Shown: in pieces, positions 39,178 to 43,694 of the stretch | How the letters are laid out: the number at the start of each line of letters is the position of its first letter | Numbering within the stretch: position 1 is the stretch's first letter | DNA from: Bacteroidales bacterium | Lineage (GTDB): Bacteria > Bacteroidota > Bacteroidia > Bacteroidales > UBA7332 | Assembly: GCA_051657185.1 (NCBI GenBank) | Contig: JBOFKE010000113.1 | Coordinates: 1-43,694 of the forward strand | Length of the DNA stretch: 43,694 bases | Direction of reading: 5' to 3' | Program-made: the position numbers and the translations under genes | Notes under the pieces: generated by a model | Database searches by the model: none | What the model saw: only the letters and a program-made list of their open reading frames with translations | What the model was told of the DNA's origin: nothing

Positions 39178-39228
39178 TAAGTAAAGCAAATGCTATATAT
39201 CAAATTTAAAAACAGAAAAAAATCACAT

Positions 39229-39546
39229 ATGGAAGATAACTTTTTGAAATTAGAAGAAGAGATCATCAAAATGCTAAAAACAGTATATGATCCGGAGATA
39301 CCTGTAGATGTTTATGAATTGGGACTCATTTACAAAGTTGATATTGATGACGAAAAGAATGTAAAGATAGACATGACGCTTACTGCACCAAACTGCCCAG
39401 CCGCCGATTTTATTCTTGAGGATGTGCGTATGAAAGTCGAATCTGTACCAGAGGTCAAAAGTGTTGATATCCAATTAGTATTTGAGCCGGAATGGGATAA
39501 AGACATGATGAGCGAGGAAGCTAAATTAGAACTGGGTTTCTTATAA
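39229..39546 (+). CDS. DUF59 / SufT-like Fe-S cluster assembly protein
   Basis: Motifs VYDPEIPVDVYELGLIY and TLTAPNCPA. Start chosen at the second ATG. Confidence 0.85.
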   Translation: MEDNFLKLEEEIIKMLKTVYDPEIPVDVYELGLIYKVDIDDEKNVKIDMTLTAPNCPAADFILEDVRMKVESVPEVKSVDIQLVFEPEWDKDMMSEEAKLELGFL

Positions 39547-39547
39547 G

Positions 39548-40291
39548 ATGAAAAATAAATATATATATTTCGCTTCAGACACTCATTTTGGAGCAAAGTA
39601 TTTTAAAGATCCTATCGAAAAGGAGCGTATATTCGTTCGCTGGCTAGATTCAATTAAAGAGGATTGCGCCAAGTTATATTTATTAGGCGATATGATTGAC
39701 TTTTGGTATGAATTCAAAACAGTCGTACCCAAAGGATATACCCGCTTTCTTGGAAAAATAGCCGAATTTACTGATTCCGGGATTGAAGTGCACTGGTTTA
39801 CCGGAAATCATGATATCTGGATATTCGACTATATTACAAAAGAAACCGGCGCAATTGTCCACCGCCAGCCTCTGTTAACCGAAATCGGGGGTAAACAATT
39901 CTTTTTAGCGCATGGAGACGGACTAGGAGATAATTCCAGAATATTCAAATTCCTGCGTTCCTTATTCCATAATAAAACATTACAGAAGATGTTTACATGG
40001 ATCCATCCCCGCTGGTCAGTAAGTTTTGGGCTAAACTGGTCTAAACATAGCCGTGAGTCGAAATATGAGGACGAATTCTTAGGAGAAAACAAGGAGCACC
40101 TTATTCTATTCGCAAAAGAATATCTCAAAAATCATCATGCCGACTATTTTATTTTTGGGCACAGACATATATTATACGATTTAATGCTCACAAAAAACAG
40201 TCGGGTCTTAATTATCGGAGACTGGATTTCCTACAATTCTTTCGCTGTATTTGATGGCGAAAATATTTGGCTTGATCAATATGAAATATAA
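39548..40291 (+). CDS. lpxH: UDP-2,3-diacylglucosamine diphosphatase
   Basis: 247 aa. Calcineurin-like metallophosphoesterase motifs SDTHFG, GDMIDFW, GNHD, HGD, GHRH. Confidence 0.88.
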   Translation: MKNKYIYFASDTHFGAKYFKDPIEKERIFVRWLDSIKEDCAKLYLLGDMIDFWYEFKTVVPKGYTRFLGKIAEFTDSGIEVHWFTGNHDIWIFDYITKETGAIVHRQPLLTEIGGKQFFLAHGDGLGDNSRIFKFLRSLFHNKTLQKMFTWIHPRWSVSFGLNWSKHSRESKYEDEFLGENKEHLILFAKEYLKNHHADYFIFGHRHILYDLMLTKNSRVLIIGDWISYNSFAVFDGENIWLDQYEI

Positions 40292-40335
40292 AACAAAGCA
40301 GATTTTGATACTATCTATCGGAATCTGCTTTGTTT
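40291..40335 (+). terminator. Intrinsic terminator of lpxH
   Basis: 14-bp stem aaacaaagcagatt / aatctgctttgttt. Confidence 0.75.
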
Positions 40336-40806
40336 GTATTTCCGATACACAACACATTATTAATTCTACTGTGCATTTATTTCTTTAAAAATAGTCATTT
40401 TGCAACACTCATGTTACAAAATGATCGTATTTGGACCATTTCTGCGGACGTATGATACACAAAAACAAGCTCTTATACAAATTTTTCTGACAAAAAAATA
40501 TCTATAACCAATCCAAACAAGCGATTAATCATTTTGATGTTTAAGTATGTTAATATATAGCGATTTAACAGTGTATTTACAAGCAAACTGCATACAAAAC
40601 TAAAAATACTCTTTCTTTTTCACACAACATTAAATTTTAACTATAGCAGTATATATAATTTAACTATCACTCAATTGACTAAACCAGCGATAAATAGGGA
40701 AATCCCTGAATTCATAAGGCAATCCTCACAATCATAGTTAAAAATTTTAGCATATCATTTTCACAAATCTATTGCATTCCGGCTTGCATATTAAGGGGGT
40801 CCTTCC

Positions 40807-40814
40807 TATATTTG
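40807..40814 (+). promoter_or_regulatory. Bacteroidota -7 promoter box TATATTTG upstream of pckG
   Basis: Matches TAnnTTTG about 100 nt upstream of the ATG. Confidence 0.45.
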
Positions 40815-40916
40815 CAACACTTAGTTGTAACATTTAATAAAGTTACATAACACATAATACTGAGTTCTTTTTATTTATAAATAATAGCGGTTTTAAAATC
40901 ACTAAATTATTAATTT

Positions 40917-42710
40917 ATGATGACAAACAATCAAAAGTTAATCAACTGGGTTAACGAATGGGCTGAGATCATGCAACCAGATAACGTATACTGGTGTGAC
41001 GGATCAGAAGAAGAAAGCACTCGTCTTTTGGACGAAATGGTAGCTAAAGGTGTAGCAGTTAAACTAAACGAAGAAAAACGTCCTGGTTCTTACTACTTCC
41101 AGTCAGACCCAAGTGATGTTGCTCGCGTTGAAAACAGAACATATATTTGTACAGAAACAGCTGAACAAGCTGGTCCAACAAACAACTGGGCAGATCCTAA
41201 AGAAATGCGCGCTACAATGTTAGAACTTTACAAAGGCTGTATGAAAGGTCGTACAATGTACGTTATTCCTTTCTCTATGGGTCCTCTAGGTTCAAACATC
41301 GCTCACATTGGTGTTGAGATCACTGACTCAGCTTACGTTGTTGCTTCTATGCGTATCATGACTCGTATGGGTAAAGCAGTTCTTGACGTACTAGGTGAAA
41401 ATGGCGATTTCGTTCCATGTGTTCACTCTGTAGGTGCTCCTCTAGAGCCAGGTCAGGAAGACGTTAAGTGGCCTTGTGCTCCTATCGAGAAAAAATATAT
41501 CACTCACTTCCCAATCACTAAAGAAATTTGGTCATTCGGTTCAGGTTACGGTGGAAATGCATTGCTAGGTAAAAAATGTTTCGCTCTTCGTATTGCTTCT
41601 GCAATGGCTAAAGAGCAAGGATGGTTAGCTGAGCACATGTTGATCTTAGGTATCACAAACCCTAAAGGTGAGAAAAAATATATCGCTGCTGCATTCCCAA
41701 GTGCATGTGGTAAAACAAACTTGGCAATGTTGATCCCAACAATCCCAGGTTACAAAGTAGAAACTGTAGGTGATGATATCGCTTGGATGAAATTCGGTGC
41801 TGATGGTCGTCTTTACGCTATCAACCCAGAAGCTGGTTTCTTCGGTGTTGCTCCTTTCACTTCTATGGATACAAACCCTAACGCGATGTTGTCTTGCCGT
41901 GCAAACACATTGTTCACAAACGTTGGTTTGACTCCTGACGGTGATATCTGGTGGGAAGGTATCGGACATGATTGTCCTGCTGGTACAATTGACTGGAAAG
42001 GTCGCGTATTCGATCCAGCATCTGGCGAGCCTGTAGCTCACCCAAATGCTCGTTTCGCTGCTCCTGCTAACCAATGTCCATGTATCGACGAACAATGGGA
42101 AAATCCTGCAGGTGTTCCAATCTCAGCAGTATTATTCGGTGGACGTCGTCCTTCTACTGTACCTTTGGTTCACGAAGCTGCAAGCTGGAATCACGGTGTA
42201 TTCATGGGATCTATCGTTGGTTCTGAAGTAACGGCTGCTGCTATCGGTTTGAAAGCTGGTGTACGTCGTGACCCATTCGCAATGTTGCCATTCTGTGGTT
42301 ACAACATGGGTGACTACTTCGGTCACTGGATTGAAATTGGTAAAAACGCTCCTAACAAAGAAGTTCTTCCTAAATTCTTCTTTGTTAACTGGTTCCGTAA
42401 AGATGACGGTAAATTCTTGTGGCCAGGTTACGGTGAAAACAGCCGTGTACTAGCTTACATCCTTGACCGTTGTGAAGGTAAAGGTGAAACAGTTGAGACT
42501 CCAATCGGAAAAGTTCCTGCTAAAGGTGCTCTTAACATTGAAGGTCTTGGTATGACTGATGCTCAATGGGATGCTGCTATCGCAGTTCGCAAAGATGAGT
42601 GGGAACACGAAATCTCATTAATCGATGAGCATTATGCTAACTTTGGAACTCACCTTCCAGCTGAACTTGCAGAAGAGTTGAAAAACTTGAAAGCTCGTTT
42701 CAACGCGTAA
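40917..42710 (+). CDS. pckG: Phosphoenolpyruvate carboxykinase (GTP)
   Basis: 597 aa. GTP-PEPCK P-loop FPSACGKTN. Strong bias to cgt/ggt/gct codons, consistent with high expression. Confidence 0.95.
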   Translation: MMTNNQKLINWVNEWAEIMQPDNVYWCDGSEEESTRLLDEMVAKGVAVKLNEEKRPGSYYFQSDPSDVARVENRTYICTETAEQAGPTNNWADPKEMRATMLELYKGCMKGRTMYVIPFSMGPLGSNIAHIGVEITDSAYVVASMRIMTRMGKAVLDVLGENGDFVPCVHSVGAPLEPGQEDVKWPCAPIEKKYITHFPITKEIWSFGSGYGGNALLGKKCFALRIASAMAKEQGWLAEHMLILGITNPKGEKKYIAAAFPSACGKTNLAMLIPTIPGYKVETVGDDIAWMKFGADGRLYAINPEAGFFGVAPFTSMDTNPNAMLSCRANTLFTNVGLTPDGDIWWEGIGHDCPAGTIDWKGRVFDPASGEPVAHPNARFAAPANQCPCIDEQWENPAGVPISAVLFGGRRPSTVPLVHEAASWNHGVFMGSIVGSEVTAAAIGLKAGVRRDPFAMLPFCGYNMGDYFGHWIEIGKNAPNKEVLPKFFFVNWFRKDDGKFLWPGYGENSRVLAYILDRCEGKGETVETPIGKVPAKGALNIEGLGMTDAQWDAAIAVRKDEWEHEISLIDEHYANFGTHLPAELAEELKNLKARFNA

Positions 42711-42751
42711 TATCTTTCGTTTGAAGATATACAACTAACTATATTATTTGG

Positions 42752-42784
42752 AAAGAGCACTCTTCGGAGTGCTCTTTTTTTTTG
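42752..42784 (+). terminator. Intrinsic terminator of pckG
   Basis: 11-bp stem aaagagcactc / gagtgctcttt, ttcg loop, 10-T run. Confidence 0.88.
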
Positions 42785-42902
42785 TACTTGTTTAAATATG
42801 TCCCGCACTTAAAGATTCAAATACCCGAAAAAGAACTACCCGATTTAATTTATAAAACTGTCAACCAATTCCAGTATAAGTCAAGATGCCTTATCTATTT
42901 GA

Positions 42903-42988
42903 TTTTACATACGTATCAAAATAATTTTACATACGTATGTAAATATTTTTTGATACGTACCAACGTGAACGTAGATACGTATTAAAAT
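42903..42988. repeat. A-box cluster, locus 2 (four ATACGTAT-type cores at an exact 22-bp period)
   Basis: Cores start at 42909, 42931, 42953 (7 of 8 matches) and 42975. An 18-bp perfect palindrome tttacatacgtatgtaaa lies at 42926-42943. The direct repeat ttttacatacgtat occurs at 42903 and 42925. Confidence 0.88.
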
Positions 42989-43018
42989 CTTGCGGGGTTC
43001 AATTTACCCGAAAAAGAT

Positions 43019-43088
43019 ACGGTGTATCTTTCTAAACTTACGGTATATCTCTAAAAAGAAACGGTGTATCTTTTTAGAGATATACCGT
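43019..43088. repeat. B-box cluster, locus 2 (ACGGTRTATCT at 21-bp period plus one inverted copy forming a 20-bp hairpin)
   Basis: Boxes start at 43019, 43040 and 43061, with an inverted copy at 43078-43088. Arms 43040-43059 and 43069-43088 are perfectly complementary. Confidence 0.88.
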
Positions 43089-43136
43089 TTCTTTTCAAAG
43101 ATATGCTCATAACACTACCCGGAGTTTTGTGTTTTG

Positions 43137-43253
43137 AATTGTCACAATTGTCACCGGAACTATAATCAACTATTCATCAGGAAAATAAGTGTGACAATTG
43201 CCCTGTTTTCAATTATCACCCAATTGTCACCAATCGGCATCTATTGTCACCGG
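43137..43253. repeat. C-box cluster (AATTGTCAC)
   Basis: Exact copies at 43137, 43146 (tandem) and 43222. Inverted copy at 43191-43199. Variants at 43211 and 43242. gtcaccgg occurs at 43150 and 43246. Confidence 0.8.
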
Positions 43254-43305
43254 TTTTTGCCTTATTTATACATTCCATATATTTACTACCAGTGTTTCAT
43301 TTTTC

Positions 43306-43418
43306 AATTGCCATATTGCAATATTAACGAAATGGCATAATAAACAATTACAAATAAGATACTTAACCTATTGCAATTCATATTGCAATTGAATGGCAAT
43401 TCGGCCAATTGCAATAGG
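43306..43418. repeat. D-box cluster (palindromic ATTGCAAT and ATTGCCAT variants)
   Basis: ATTGCAAT at 43315, 43370, 43382 and 43408. ATTGCCAT at 43307 and its complement at 43393. 11-bp inverted repeat cctattgcaat / attgcaatagg at 43367-43377 and 43408-43418. Confidence 0.8.
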
Positions 43419-43505
43419 TCTCTCTGTCGGGAAAACCATTAAGGCAAATATCAACTGAAAATTCAATCCCAGCTATAAAAAGTTCACTCAATGTGCATAA
43501 ATTCA

Positions 43506-43594
43506 GTTATCAACAAACTGTTAATAACACACCTCCTTATACATCAACACTTTATCGCAAAGCAAAACTTAGTTATAAACAAAATGTTGATAAC
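43506..43594. promoter_or_regulatory. Two 23-bp near-palindromic operator-like dyads GTTATMAACA-N3-TGTTRATAAC
   Basis: Dyads at 43506-43528 and 43572-43594, 66 bp centre to centre. Both have the same architecture and a mismatch at the same arm position. They lie upstream of the ATG at 43674. Confidence 0.55.
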
Positions 43595-43637
43595 TATGAA
43601 ATATAAACAATCGTATGAATAACACGAAAATCCTTAG

Positions 43638-43645
43638 TAACTTTG
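43638..43645 (+). promoter_or_regulatory. Bacteroidota -7 promoter box TAACTTTG
   Basis: Matches TAnnTTTG 29 nt upstream of ATG 43674. Confidence 0.4.
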
Positions 43646-43673
43646 CATAAAACATACACAATTAAACCCCAGC

Positions 43674-43694
43674 ATGAAGAGAAAAATTGAAATC
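43674..43694 (+). CDS. Possible start of an unidentified gene (MKRKIEI...), truncated by the window end
   Basis: ATG preceded by a -7 box and two dyads. Only 7 codons are visible. Confidence 0.3.

Noticed and set aside
41646-42453. ORFs in other frames or strands within pckG
   Set aside because: They are shadows of a strongly codon-biased gene. The PEPCK frame is continuous and motif-rich.
7673-43088. Idea that the two A/B loci are the two ends of one 35-kb mobile element
   Set aside because: The interval is filled with core genes (purF, glnN, pyk, acpP, fabF, rnc, secG, rsmA, ilvE, lpxH, pckG). The arrays are neither direct nor inverted copies of each other, since box orientation is the same but array order is swapped.
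42782-43392. Track ORFs 42782-42985, 43134-43340 and 43198-43392
   Set aside because: Their peptides are translations of the A, C and D repeat boxes (for example HTYQNNFTYV, and CH/IV-rich strings). There are no start context, promoter or protein-like features.
43137-43418. CRISPR array
   Set aside because: The repeats are only 8-9 bp, occur in both orientations, and have irregular 8-55 bp spacing. There are no 25-40 bp repeat/spacer units and no cas genes.
43506-43594. Chromosomal oriC based on TTATCAACA DnaA-like boxes
   Set aside because: There are only two one-mismatch boxes plus two weaker ones, arranged as symmetric dyads typical of repressor operators. No dnaA or dnaN gene and no clear DUE are in view. 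It is kept only as a minor alternative in the finding.

Overview
AT-rich chromosomal segment with Bacteroidota hallmarks: a type III glutamine synthetase, long-form PurF, TAnnTTTG -7 promoter boxes, lipoprotein signal peptides ending in Cys, and sigma-54 activator-lptE-secG synteny. It holds about 40 protein genes, nearly all core metabolism or housekeeping. On the minus strand there is an alpha-glucan/maltodextrin operon: MFS transporter, SusA-like GH13, unknown lipoprotein, GH13 amylase, and GH77 MalQ with CBM20. The rest are purF, glnN, zupT, mscL, hcpR-hcp, a lolE-like permease, rbfA, an O-methyltransferase, pyk, aroQ, xerD, queG, purN, acpP-fabF-rnc, MarR plus a small membrane protein, a CaCA antiporter, a RibD-C/DHFR-like protein, a yhdH-like oxidoreductase, the secG/lptE/EBP operon, rsmA, mgtE, DUF349, ilvE, DUF59, lpxH and a GTP-type PEPCK. 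I saw no rRNA, tRNA, CRISPR array, transposase or recognisable defence gene. What the gene list does not explain is non-coding. The ORF-free 0.9 kb after the pckG terminator (42785-43673) is a mosaic of five different short-box families, each confined to its own helically phased cluster. Two of these families recur as exact 12-mers, with the same 22-bp and 21-bp phasing, inside a second ORF-free gap 35 kb away (7673-7813). This looks like clustered protein-binding architecture (iteron, arm-site, centromere or operator type) of unknown function. It is my top candidate for something undescribed, and the window ends before the adjacent genes that could identify it. Secondary observations are a 15-bp hairpin in the first codons of rnc and a strand-specific 21-bp hairpin in the glnN leader. 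Others are an unknown lipoprotein in the glucan operon and a sensor-less sigma-54 activator in an envelope operon.
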